From the NCBI GenBank assembly GCA_963700145.1, contig OY969474.1, forward strand, positions 5,312,001 through 5,376,000: DNA of 64,000 nt. The letters run 5' to 3'. The notes under the pieces are model-generated. The model did no database searches. It saw only the letters and a list, made by a program, of their open reading frames with translations, and was not told where the DNA came from. Position numbers and translations under genes: made by a program. Origin of the DNA: an uncultured Acidobacteriota bacterium. Lineage in GTDB: Bacteria; Acidobacteriota; Thermoanaerobaculia; Multivoradales; UBA5704. Positions 50,866-60,008 of this stretch are shown here, one piece after another. Every line of letters begins with the position of its first letter. The first letter of the stretch is position 1.

Positions 50866-51672
50866 CAGTGACACGGAGAGGCGGCTCTCCGCCAGCGCAA
50901 GCATGGCGCGAGCGCCGGAAGCCGGCGTCCCCCCGGGAGAGCATGACACCGCGGGAGGCGGGGTGCAGCTCTCCGCCACCAGGGTCACCTCGCCCGCGAA
51001 GGTCAGAGGTGAGAAGACCCGGCACTTGGTGCGCACCGGGGCTTCTCTGGCGACGGCGACGACCTGGCGCGTGGACTCCTCCCGGTCAGCGTTCTCCAGG
51101 CGGAAGAGACGCGCGAGCAGGGAGGGCTCCGGCGGCCTCTGGGGGCTCTTCACGACGAACTCGAAGCCTCTGGCGAAGTAGTCCTTCGCGTCCTCCAGAC
51201 GGAGCTTCAGGATCTGCCGGACTTCCCCCTCTCCCCGCTCGAGTATGAGCACGTAGTGCTGGTCGGCCAGTCTGTCCCCCGCGCCCGCGGAAAGCCAGCG
51301 GTCGGTGAAGACCACGTTCCTCTTGTCGGACACGATTCGAATCCCGCCGTTGTACTCGATGGCCTGGAAAAGGCCGGTCCGGTAGATCAGGCATCCGTCG
51401 CGGGCCGTGTACCGAAGGGGGCCCAGCAGGTCCGCCCGGCGGCCGCGGAAGATCCGCAGGCGCAAGGCTTTCGCGCCCCCCGCATTCTTCAGATCCGTGG
51501 GGTTCAGATTCACCTTGAACAGGTCGCCGAGCCCGTACTCCTGGTACTGCGCGTCCAGGAACTTGATCGGCGGAATCGTGATGGCGGGCTCGGACTGCGC
51601 ATACGCCAACCCTGCCGGGACGGCCCAGGCCAGCAGAGCCCAGGCCTTGATGAACGTGCGGCGGAACGTCAT
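50836..51672 (-). CDS. Secreted hypothetical protein, 3' end possibly truncated
   Basis: AAGGAG SD; signal MTFRRTFIKAWALLAW...AYA; C-terminus runs into the transposase remnant. Confidence 0.68.
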   Translation of the reverse strand: MTFRRTFIKAWALLAWAVPAGLAYAQSEPAITIPPIKFLDAQYQEYGLGDLFKVNLNPTDLKNAGGAKALRLRIFRGRRADLLGPLRYTARDGCLIYRTGLFQAIEYNGGIRIVSDKRNVVFTDRWLSAGAGDRLADQHYVLILERGEGEVRQILKLRLEDAKDYFARGFEFVVKSPQRPPEPSLLARLFRLENADREESTRQVVAVAREAPVRTKCRVFSPLTFAGEVTLVAESCTPPPAVSCSPGGTPASGARAMLALAESRLSVSLSRSYPMGRR

Positions 51673-51710
51673 GACCGTCTCCTTTCGTCGGGCTGATGCC
51701 CCTCCCTGTT

Positions 51711-52772
51711 CTATGGAAACGAGCTGCTCGCGTCGGATTCCGGGGCGGCTTCGAGTCTCTTGTTGATGAAGAATGTGACCACGTCTTTCTCGCTCTCGAT
51801 GCGCATCAGGCCGACGTCCTTCGCCGGGATGACCCAGATGTGGAGCTCGTTTTTCTCGAACACGACGAGCGCATCCGAAGACCTTTGGAGGAGGTAGCCG
51901 TGGACGGATTCCTCCTGCGGCTTGTGGCTCAGCACCACCTCGCCGACCCAGGTCGACCGCATCGACTTGCCATAGGAGTAGGGGAGCAGCAGGAGGTCGA
52001 GGGTCGCGAGCAGGACGAGGGCGCTCGCTCCGCGGCGCGCTGCCGCGCCTTGGCCTCGCTGCCGCTGGACGCGGCCGTACGCCCAGCTCGCGAGGGCCAC
52101 CGTGAGGAAGAGGTTCAGGGCGAAGCGGTCCTTGAGCCGCTGCCGGTACGCATTCCGCGGGAGCGGGCACCGGATCAAGAGCTTTTGCAGGCTCTCCCGA
52201 TAGTTCTCATCCGCGCGGGAGCAGACCTCGTCCAGCCAGGCTTGCTTCGCCAGCATGCCGAGCACGACCCGCCGACGAAGGTCGTCCGGAGGCTGCAGGC
52301 CATGGATGAGCATCCCGTGGAGGCTCATGACGGGGAGGTCAAGCAGCCCGATCTCCAGCAGGAGCAAAGCCGGGAGGAGCCAGGGGAGCAGGGGCTTGGG
52401 GATCCGGGGCGAGAGCCGACTGCGCAGCTTGGACCCAATGCGGCGCCCGGGGCCGGTCAGCGCCAGCGCCGCCAGGACGATTACGGTCCCCGTGATCACG
52501 AGGTGGTCCGCCACGGCCGTGAAGCTGATGAGCAGCAGGTCGACGAAGAACCGGCCCGCCTCAACGGACAGATGGAGGATCTCTCCCGACGTCCCCGCGT
52601 CGTAGCCGAGGCGAGCCTGGTAAGCGGTATCGACGAGAAAGCCGGTGGCGAGGAAGAGGCCCGAGATGCCGATGGAAGTGAGCAGCCACTTCAGAGCTGT
52701 GAGTAGCCGCAGCGGCACGACCTGAGCCTCGCCTGCCTTCCGGGCCTCACCTTCCTGTCGATCGACCTGCAT
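51711..52772 (-). CDS. Hypothetical multi-TM protein
   Basis: 353-aa ORF with several hydrophobic helices; AGGAGAG upstream. Confidence 0.72.
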   Translation of the reverse strand: MQVDRQEGEARKAGEAQVVPLRLLTALKWLLTSIGISGLFLATGFLVDTAYQARLGYDAGTSGEILHLSVEAGRFFVDLLLISFTAVADHLVITGTVIVLAALALTGPGRRIGSKLRSRLSPRIPKPLLPWLLPALLLLEIGLLDLPVMSLHGMLIHGLQPPDDLRRRVVLGMLAKQAWLDEVCSRADENYRESLQKLLIRCPLPRNAYRQRLKDRFALNLFLTVALASWAYGRVQRQRGQGAAARRGASALVLLATLDLLLLPYSYGKSMRSTWVGEVVLSHKPQEESVHGYLLQRSSDALVVFEKNELHIWVIPAKDVGLMRIESEKDVVTFFINKRLEAAPESDASSSFP

Positions 52773-53789
52773 GCCGTCTCTCTCCTGGGAGGCCAGCGCA
52801 GTCGTGCTCTTTTCTGGATTGCAGAAAGTATAGCAGAGCTCAGGGCTGCTGCGGCTGCTTGAGTACCAACGGGCGTGAGGTGCCCCGGGAAAGTGCCTCG
52901 CGCCAGGCTAAGCCTGGGAAGGGAGGAAGGATGAAGTAAGAACCAGAAACCGTTCGTCGTGGACCCAGTAGGTCCGAATCCTAGCCGGCAAGGGTTGGCC
53001 ACCCACGGAGAGCGCAGAGCGGTGCCGGGCGCCTCGTTGAAGGGAAGGCTTAAGGAGTGCCAGGAAGCGGTGCCAGGTGCCTGGAGAAAAGAAGAAGGGC
53101 GTCGGGGCCTACGAGCGCCTTCGTAGTCGATCTAGAAAGGTGAACGGACGACCGAAACCTCGATTGGGTCTTGCCAGCGTTCGAACTGCGTCGTTGACGA
53201 CCCGCCACCGCCACCTCCCAGGCCCTTCATCAAGGTCTCCGGAAACACCTTGACCGTGGTCACCGCGACTTTCGAGTAGAAAGCAGTCAGTTGTTGGAGG
53301 GCTGACTATTGACTGTCACCCGCCGACGAAGGGTAAGGCGGGCGGAAAACTTCCTGCGGGGAAAGGAGCAGCGCGGTCTCCGGCTCACAGCTTCTCGGCG
53401 GCTGAGCGGAACCCCAGGACGAACCAGGCATAGACGTCGTAAAGCGTCCGCCACATGATGTAGCTCGCCGCCAGAAACCATAGAAGACGGAAAATCTTCG
53501 GCGTTCTTGCAAATCCGTGCCAGGCTTGAGTTTGCGGGCGGGGTTTTGGCTCATTTCGGGTTCTAGAAGAGTTCTGTGACTCTGACCGCCCCGAGAGCGT
53601 TGGGCAACCTGAAGAAGCAGCGGCGTACCCGCAGTGCGGTTCGGCAGGAAGACCGGCACTTCGTGAAGTGCCTGGGCAAGGACGAGCGATGAGAAAAGGA
53701 GGAGCGTCGGGGAGATGACGACATACTCCAGCGGAGGATCTACCTCATGAGAGGCCTCTCCGACCACCGAACGTCTTCCATTCAGCACG

Positions 53790-53935
53790 GTCGATGCCTC
53801 ATCGACCTTGGTCGACGGGCCGTTTACTTAAGTCGATCCTACATCGACTCGAGTCGATGAGCCGTTTACCTAAGTCGATCCTAAATCAACCGAGGTCAAT
53901 GCGCCATGCACCCTCGAGTTGATGCCTCATCGATC
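53790..53935. repeat. Degenerate 21-bp tandem array with alternating (42-bp) super-period
   Basis: Units starting GTCGA/GTCAA at 53790, 53811, 53832, 53853, 53874 and 53895; units 2 and 4, and 3 and 5, resemble each other. Confidence 0.8.
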
Positions 53936-53944
53936 GACCGCGGC

Positions 53945-54094
53945 TCAAGTGAATTCAATCAGCGTGCTCCAGTAGAGCTTGATGAGGTCCACACCCAGCT
54001 CCGCCTGTCGTTTGCCTTCGGCCCGCATGTCCGCACGGTGGCGGTGTACGGTGTAGGACATCGCTTGCACGGCGACGGTGTACCCGATGCGACC
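53945..54094 (-). pseudogene. Possible orphan C-terminal gene fragment
   Basis: GRIGYTVAVQAMSY...LGVDLIKLYWSTLIEFT* looks protein-like and abuts tail copy 3. Confidence 0.3.
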
Positions 54095-54096
54095 GA

Positions 54097-54189
54097 GATG
54101 AATCGTCCGAGCCGGAGATCGGCGCCGGCGAGGAGCATACCCACACCCACCCCGAGGGGATGCCGCAGCACTCTCACGACGATCCGTAA
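54097..54189 (+). pseudogene. Third, more diverged copy of the cytochrome c 3' end
   Basis: DESSEPEIGAGEEHTHTHPEGMPQHSHDDP* versus GEAAEPTGAAGEEHSH...PHSHDGR*. Confidence 0.8.
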
Positions 54190-54210
54190 CGCAGCCCAGG
54201 GCGCCGCGCC
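54179..54210 (+). repeat. 32-bp perfect direct repeat, copy 2
   Basis: Identical to 49780-49811; spans the stop codon of tail copy 3. Confidence 0.95.
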
Positions 54211-54232
54211 CCATCGGATAGACTCCCCGCCC

Positions 54233-55105
54233 ATGCGGCTGGGCGATCTGGAGCTGACCGTGGTGGGGGACGGGGAGTTCGGGCTGGACGGCGGGGCGAT
54301 GTTCGGGGTGGTGCCGAAGACGCTCTGGGAGAGGGTCAAGCCGCCGGACGCCAGGAACCGCATCCGCATGGCCACCAACTGTCTGCTGGTGGAGCGCGGG
54401 AGCGACCTGCTGCTCGTCGACAGCGGGATCGGCGACAAGCACGACGCCAGGTTCCGCGCCAACTACGCGATGGACGAGACGGCCGAGCGGCTGCCGGACG
54501 CGATCTGGCGCGCCGGCCACGCGCCCGAGGACGTCACCCACGTCCTCCTCTCGCACCTCCACTTCGACCACTGCGGCTGGAACACCCGCTACGACGGCGG
54601 GACCCTCGTCCCCACCTTCCCGCGCGCCCGTTACTGGCTGGAGCGCGGCGAGGTGGAGCACGCGCGCGCGCCCAACGAGCGGGACCGCGCGAGCTACGAC
54701 CCGCGCAACTGGGAGCCGCTGTTCGAAGCCGGCGTCGTCGAGCTCTTCGACGGCGAGGCCGAGCCGATGCCCGGCGTGCGCGCCGTCAAAGCGCCGGGAC
54801 ACAACGCCGACATGTGTATCGTGCTTTTGGACGGAGGAAGCAACGAGCGCGGCGTCTACTGGGCCGACCTCGTCCCCACCGCCGCCCACGTCCCGTATCC
54901 ATGGATCATGGGCTACGACCTCTACCCCCTGACCACCCTGGAGACCAAGAAGCGGTGGCTGCCGCGCGCCGCCGCCGAGGGGTGGCTCTGCGTCTTCGAG
55001 CACGACGCCGAGACGCCGCTCGCGCGCCTGGTCGAGGAGAAGCCCGGGCGTTTCGCCGCGGCGGCCGTCGAGGAGATGGAATGCCTGACCAAGACTTCGA
55101 CCTGA
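54233..55105 (+). CDS. MBL-fold metallo-hydrolase (YtnP-like)
   Basis: LDGGAMFGVVPK-LW, SHLHFDHCG, PGH, WIMGYDLYP and FEHD. Confidence 0.92.
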   Translation: MRLGDLELTVVGDGEFGLDGGAMFGVVPKTLWERVKPPDARNRIRMATNCLLVERGSDLLLVDSGIGDKHDARFRANYAMDETAERLPDAIWRAGHAPEDVTHVLLSHLHFDHCGWNTRYDGGTLVPTFPRARYWLERGEVEHARAPNERDRASYDPRNWEPLFEAGVVELFDGEAEPMPGVRAVKAPGHNADMCIVLLDGGSNERGVYWADLVPTAAHVPYPWIMGYDLYPLTTLETKKRWLPRAAAEGWLCVFEHDAETPLARLVEEKPGRFAAAAVEEMECLTKTST

Positions 55106-56475
55106 TCATCCTCGGCAGCGGCCCCGGGGGGTACGTCGCCGGCATCCGCGCCGGCCAGCTCGGCCTGAAGACCGCGCTGGTCGAGAAGGACCCGAAGCTG
55201 GGCGGCACCTGCACGCTGCGCGGCTGCATCCCGACCAAGGCCCTCCTCCACACCGCGGCCGTGCTCGACGAGATCCGCGACGCCGGCGTCCACGGCATCC
55301 AGGTCCCCGCGCCGCAGCTCGACGTCGCCAAGGCGCAGGCGCGGAAGCGCTCGATCGTGGACAAGAACTCGAAGGGGATCGAGTTCCTGCTCAAGAAAAA
55401 CAAGGTCACGGGCCTGCACGGCCGCGGCCGCCTCACCGGCCCCAACCAGGTCGAAGTGGACGGCCCGCAGGGAAAGAAGACCTACTCGGCGAAGAACATC
55501 CTCATCGCCACCGGCTCGGTGCCGCGCGACATCCCGATCGCCCCGGCAGACGGCCAGCGCATTTTGAACTCCGACCACGTTCTGGAGCTCGAGCGGGTGC
55601 CGCAGAGCCTGGCGGTCCTGGGCGCCGGCGCCGTCGGCACCGAGTTCGCCTCGATCTACGCCTCCTTCGGCGCCAAGGTGACGCTCGTCGAGATGCTGCC
55701 ACGCATCCTGCCGATCGAGGACGAAGAGGTCTCGGCGGAGCTCGAGAAGGCGCTCAGGAAGCGCGGCATCGACGTCCTGACCGGGACGAAGCTCACCGCG
55801 GTGGAGCAGACCGAGGGCGGCGTCCGCCTCAGCCTGGAAGGCGGCAAGAAGCCGACCGTCGAGGCCGAGCTGCTGCTCGTCGCCATCGGCCGCCGGCCGG
55901 TGACCGAGGACCTCGGGCTCGAAGCCCTCGGCATCCAGCTCGACCGCGGCTACGTCCAAGTCAATGGGACCATGCAGACGGCGGCGCCGCACATCTATGC
56001 CATCGGCGACGTCGTCCCCACCCCGTGGCTCGCCCACGTCGCCTCGTCCGAGGGGATCCTGGCGGTCGAGCACATGGCCGGCCAGCCGGTGAAGCCCCTC
56101 AACTACGACCGCGTCCCCTCCTGCACCTACTGCGACCCGGAGGTGGGGAGCGTCGGCTTGACCGAGGCCAAGGCGCGCGAGCGCGGCTACGCGGTGCAGA
56201 CCGGCAAGTTCCCCTTCTCGGCGCTCGGCAAGGCGCGCATCCTGGGGCGCAGCGAGGGGTTCGTGAAGGTGGTCCGCGAGACCAAGTACGACGAGCTGCT
56301 GGGGGTGCACATCGTCGGCGCCCACGCCACGGACCTGATCGCCGAGGCCTGCGTGGCGCTGCAGATGGAAGCCACCAACGAGGAGCTGTTCCGCACCATG
56401 CACGCCCACCCGACCCTCGCCGAGGGGGTGGCCGAGGCGGCCCACGCCGCCACCGGCCACGCGATCCACATCTAG
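55081..56475 (+). CDS. lpdA: Dihydrolipoyl dehydrogenase (E3)
   Basis: GSGPGGYVA, GGTCTLRGCIPTK, GAGAVG-E and HAHPTLAE. Confidence 0.95.
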   Translation: MPDQDFDLIILGSGPGGYVAGIRAGQLGLKTALVEKDPKLGGTCTLRGCIPTKALLHTAAVLDEIRDAGVHGIQVPAPQLDVAKAQARKRSIVDKNSKGIEFLLKKNKVTGLHGRGRLTGPNQVEVDGPQGKKTYSAKNILIATGSVPRDIPIAPADGQRILNSDHVLELERVPQSLAVLGAGAVGTEFASIYASFGAKVTLVEMLPRILPIEDEEVSAELEKALRKRGIDVLTGTKLTAVEQTEGGVRLSLEGGKKPTVEAELLLVAIGRRPVTEDLGLEALGIQLDRGYVQVNGTMQTAAPHIYAIGDVVPTPWLAHVASSEGILAVEHMAGQPVKPLNYDRVPSCTYCDPEVGSVGLTEAKARERGYAVQTGKFPFSALGKARILGRSEGFVKVVRETKYDELLGVHIVGAHATDLIAEACVALQMEATNEELFRTMHAHPTLAEGVAEAAHAATGHAIHI

Positions 56476-56490
56476 GCGGCCGCCGGCGCG

Positions 56491-57570
56491 ATGGCCAAGA
56501 CGAGCCGGGGGCTCGGGCCCCTCCATCCGCAGGCGGCGCCGGCCGCCGCCGACCGGCTGGCCCGCACCTCGCTCGCGCGCGAGCAGCAGCTCGAGCTCTA
56601 CCGCTACCTCCAGCTCACCCGCATGACCGAGGCGCGCCTCGGCAACCTCTACCGCCAGGGGAAGGTGGTCGGCGGGCTCTATTCGAGCCGCGGCCAGGAG
56701 GCGGTCTCGGTGGGGAGCGCCTACGCGCTGGCGCCGCAGGACGTGATCGGCCCGATCATTCGCAACCTGGGCGCGATGCTGGTCCGCGGCGTCCAGCCGC
56801 GCGAGGTGATGATGCAGTACATGGCGCGCGCCGACAGCCCGACCGGCGGCAAGGACGCCAACACCCACTTCGGCGACCTCTCGCGCGGTCTGGTGGCGCC
56901 GATCTCGATGCTCGGCGCGCTGATCCCGGTGATGGCCGGGGTCGCCCTCGCCGGGCGCATGCTCGGCAAAGACCTCGTCGCCATGACCTGGATCGGCGAC
57001 GGCGGCACCTCGACGGGCGACTTCCACGAGGGGTTGAACCTGGCCGCGGTGCTCAACGTGCCGTTCGTCCTCATCGCCGAGAACAACGGCTACGCCTACT
57101 CGACCCCGACCGAGCGGCAGATGCGGATCAAGAACATCGCCGTGCGCGCCGCCGGCTACGGCATCCCCGGCGAGGTGGTGGACGGCAACGACGTGCTGGC
57201 GGTCTACGAGGTGACCAAGCGCGCCGTGGACCGCGCCCGCGCCGGCGGCGGTCCCACTCTCGTCGAGGCCAAGACCTTCCGCATGAAGGGGCACGCCGAG
57301 CACGACGACGCCGGCTACGTGCCGCCGGAGCTCTTCGAGCAGTGGCGGCTGCGCGACCCGATCGACCGCTTCCACCGCCACCTGCTGGCCGAAGGCCTGG
57401 CGAGCGAGGAGGAGCTGGCGGCGGTCGCGGCGGAGATCGACAAGGTCCTCGACGCCGAGGTGGACCGCGCCCTCGCTTCCCCCTTTCCGCCGCCCGAGCG
57501 GGCGCTCGAAGGGGTCTACGAAGAGGGGCCGCCGGCCGAGGCCGAAGCCGGCGGCGTGGGAGCGCCCTGA
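56491..57570 (+). CDS. 2-oxoacid dehydrogenase E1 alpha
   Basis: GQEA; TPP motif GDGGTSTGDFHEGLN...ENN; GHAEHDD. Confidence 0.92.
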   Translation: MAKTSRGLGPLHPQAAPAAADRLARTSLAREQQLELYRYLQLTRMTEARLGNLYRQGKVVGGLYSSRGQEAVSVGSAYALAPQDVIGPIIRNLGAMLVRGVQPREVMMQYMARADSPTGGKDANTHFGDLSRGLVAPISMLGALIPVMAGVALAGRMLGKDLVAMTWIGDGGTSTGDFHEGLNLAAVLNVPFVLIAENNGYAYSTPTERQMRIKNIAVRAAGYGIPGEVVDGNDVLAVYEVTKRAVDRARAGGGPTLVEAKTFRMKGHAEHDDAGYVPPELFEQWRLRDPIDRFHRHLLAEGLASEEELAAVAAEIDKVLDAEVDRALASPFPPPERALEGVYEEGPPAEAEAGGVGAP

Positions 57571-57575
57571 CGCCG

Positions 57576-58553
57576 ATGGCCGAGACGGTCACCTACCTCG
57601 AGGCGATCCGCCAGGGGCTGTGGGAGGAGATGGAGGCCGACCCGCGGGTCTTCATGCTCGGCCAGGACATCGGCACCTACGGCGGCGCCTTCCGCGTCAC
57701 CGCCGGCTTCCTCGATCGCTTCGGTCCCGAGCGGGTAATCGACACGCCGATCAGCGAGTCGGCGATGGTGGGAGCGGCGATCGGCGCCGGCATGATGGGC
57801 CTGCGGCCGGTCGTCGAGATGCAGTTCATCGACTTCATCGCCTGCGCCTTCAACCAGATCGTCAACTTCGCCGCCACCTGCCGCTACCGCTGGGGGCAGG
57901 CGGTGCCGATCGTCATCCGCGGCCCTTCCGGCGGCAACGTCCGCGGCTCGGCTTTCCACAGTCAGAACCCGGAGGGGTACTTCCAGCGCGCGCCGGGGCT
58001 CAAGATCGTGGCCCCGGCCACCGTCGCCGACGCCAAGGGGCTCATCAAGGCGGCGATCCGCGACCCCAACCCGATCCTCTTCTTCGAGCACAAGTACCTC
58101 TACCGGCGGATCAAGGAGGAGCTGCCGGCGGGGGACGGCGTGGTGCCGATCGGCCAAGCGCGCCTGGCGCGCGCCGGCCGCGACCTCACGGTCGTCACCT
58201 GGGGTGCTATGGTCCACGTCGCGCTCGAAGCGGCCGGGCGCCTCGAGGCGGAAGGCATCGAGCTCGAGGTCCTCGACCTGCGCACCCTCAAGCCGCTGGA
58301 CGAGGAGGCCTTCCTCGCCTCGGCGCGCAAGACCAACCGGGTCCTGGTGTTGACCGAAGAGCCGCTCACCGGCTCGGTCGGGGGGGAGGTGGCGGCGCGC
58401 ATCGCCGAGAAGGCGTTCGACTGGCTCGACGCGCCGGTCGCCCGCCTCGGCGGTCCCGACACCCCGGTGCCCTACAGCCCGACGCTCGAGGACGCCTGGC
58501 TACCCAACGTCGACAAGCTCGTGGCCCGGGTGCGCGAGCTCTTGAGCCATTGA
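57576..58553 (+). CDS. 2-oxoacid dehydrogenase E1 beta
   Basis: DTPISE, EMQFIDF, FHSQ, FFEHK and DLRTLKPLD. Confidence 0.93.
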   Translation: MAETVTYLEAIRQGLWEEMEADPRVFMLGQDIGTYGGAFRVTAGFLDRFGPERVIDTPISESAMVGAAIGAGMMGLRPVVEMQFIDFIACAFNQIVNFAATCRYRWGQAVPIVIRGPSGGNVRGSAFHSQNPEGYFQRAPGLKIVAPATVADAKGLIKAAIRDPNPILFFEHKYLYRRIKEELPAGDGVVPIGQARLARAGRDLTVVTWGAMVHVALEAAGRLEAEGIELEVLDLRTLKPLDEEAFLASARKTNRVLVLTEEPLTGSVGGEVAARIAEKAFDWLDAPVARLGGPDTPVPYSPTLEDAWLPNVDKLVARVRELLSH

Positions 58554-58570
58554 CCGCGAGGGATTGAACG

Positions 58571-60004
58571 ATGCCGACCGAAGTCGTGATGCCGCAGATG
58601 GGCGAGTCGATCGCCGAGGGGACGATCACCAAGTGGCTGGTCAAGGTGGGGGACAAGGTGGAGCGCGACCAGCCGCTGTTCGAGATCTCGACCGACAAGG
58701 TGGACGCCGAGATCCCCAGCCCGGCGGCCGGGGTGCTCCTCGAGATCCGCAACAAGGAAGGGGAGACGGTCCCGGTCAACCAGGTCGTGGCGCTGATCGG
58801 GGCAGAGGGCGAGGCCGGGAAGGCCGCCGAGCCGGCCGCCGCGGCGCCGAAGGAGGAGGCCGCGCCGAAGGAAGAGGCGCCGGCTGCGGCGGCCGAGGCG
58901 GCGCCCACGCCGGCCTCGCCGGAGCCCGCGCCCGCACCCGCGGCGGACGGCGAGGAGAAGCCCGAGGCCGCCGAGCCGCCCGCCGCCGAGGCGGAGGCGA
59001 AGCCGGGGTCGGAAGAGGAGCGGCTGCGGAAGTTCTCGAGCCCGCTGGTGCGCAGCATCGCGGCCAAGGAAGGGGTCGACATCGGACAGGTCGAGGGGAC
59101 CGGCGCCCAGGGGCGGGTCACCAAGCAGGACATCCTGAGCTTCATCGATCAGCGGCAGAAGCCCGCCGCGGCGGCGCCGCCAGCGGCTGCCGCGCCCGCC
59201 GGGCCGCGTCCGGCGCCGGTCCCGGCGCCCGCGCCGGCCGCACGGCCCGCCGGCACGTTCCACGTCCCCGCCTACGCCGAAGGCGAGAACGTCGAGATCG
59301 AGCCGATGAGCAAGATCCGGCAGATCACCGCCGCGCACATGACCTACTCGAAGGCCACCTCGGCGCACGTCACCACGGTCTTCCACATGGACATGTCGCG
59401 CGTCGCCCGCGCCCGCGCCCGCGCCAAGGACGGCTTCCTCAAGAAGGAGGGGACGAAGCTCACCTACATGCCCTTCATCTTCAAGGCGGTGGTCAACGGC
59501 CTGAAGGCGCACAAGAAGCTCAACGCCGCGATCGACGGCACCAACGTCGTCTACAAGAAGGACATCAACCTCGGCATCGCGGTGGACCTCGGGCACGGCC
59601 TCATCGTGCCGGTCATCAAGCACGCCGACCAGCTCTCTCTCGTCGGGCTCGCCAAGACCGCCAACGACCTCGCCGAGCGGGCGCGGTCGAAGAAGCTCAA
59701 GCCGGAAGAAGCGCAGGGCGGGACCTTCACCATCACCAACCCGGGCGTCTTCGGCAGTCTCTTCGGCACCCCGATCATCAACCAGCCGCAGGTGGCGATC
59801 CTGGGGATCGGCGTGGTCGAGAAGCGCCCGGTGGTGATCCAGGACGCCGACGGCAACGACGCGATCGCCATCAAGACGATGTCCTACTTCGGCATCTCCT
59901 ACGACCACCGCCTGGTGGACGGCGCCGACGCCGACCGTTTCATGATCGAGGTCAAGCGCACCCTCGAAGAGGACACCTGGACGGAGCTGGAGCCGTACAG
60001 CTAG
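58571..60004 (+). CDS. Dihydrolipoamide acyltransferase (E2)
   Basis: Single lipoyl domain (EISTDKVDAEIP), E3-binding GTG--GRVTK, catalytic YDHRLVDG. Confidence 0.94.
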   Translation: MPTEVVMPQMGESIAEGTITKWLVKVGDKVERDQPLFEISTDKVDAEIPSPAAGVLLEIRNKEGETVPVNQVVALIGAEGEAGKAAEPAAAAPKEEAAPKEEAPAAAAEAAPTPASPEPAPAPAADGEEKPEAAEPPAAEAEAKPGSEEERLRKFSSPLVRSIAAKEGVDIGQVEGTGAQGRVTKQDILSFIDQRQKPAAAAPPAAAAPAGPRPAPVPAPAPAARPAGTFHVPAYAEGENVEIEPMSKIRQITAAHMTYSKATSAHVTTVFHMDMSRVARARARAKDGFLKKEGTKLTYMPFIFKAVVNGLKAHKKLNAAIDGTNVVYKKDINLGIAVDLGHGLIVPVIKHADQLSLVGLAKTANDLAERARSKKLKPEEAQGGTFTITNPGVFGSLFGTPIINQPQVAILGIGVVEKRPVVIQDADGNDAIAIKTMSYFGISYDHRLVDGADADRFMIEVKRTLEEDTWTELEPYS

Positions 60005-60008
60005 ACAG

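Noticed and set aside
53306-53788. 160-aa ORF as a real gene
   Set aside because: No SD, motif or consistent protein-like composition; better-looking fragments lie in other frames.
48184-54210. Prophage, integron or DGR as the explanation for the repeats
   Set aside because: No integrase, attC-like sites, phage genes or reverse transcriptase; tail differences are synonymous and not adenine-specific.
58800-59260. Low-complexity repeats in E2
   Set aside because: These are ordinary Ala/Pro/Glu linkers.
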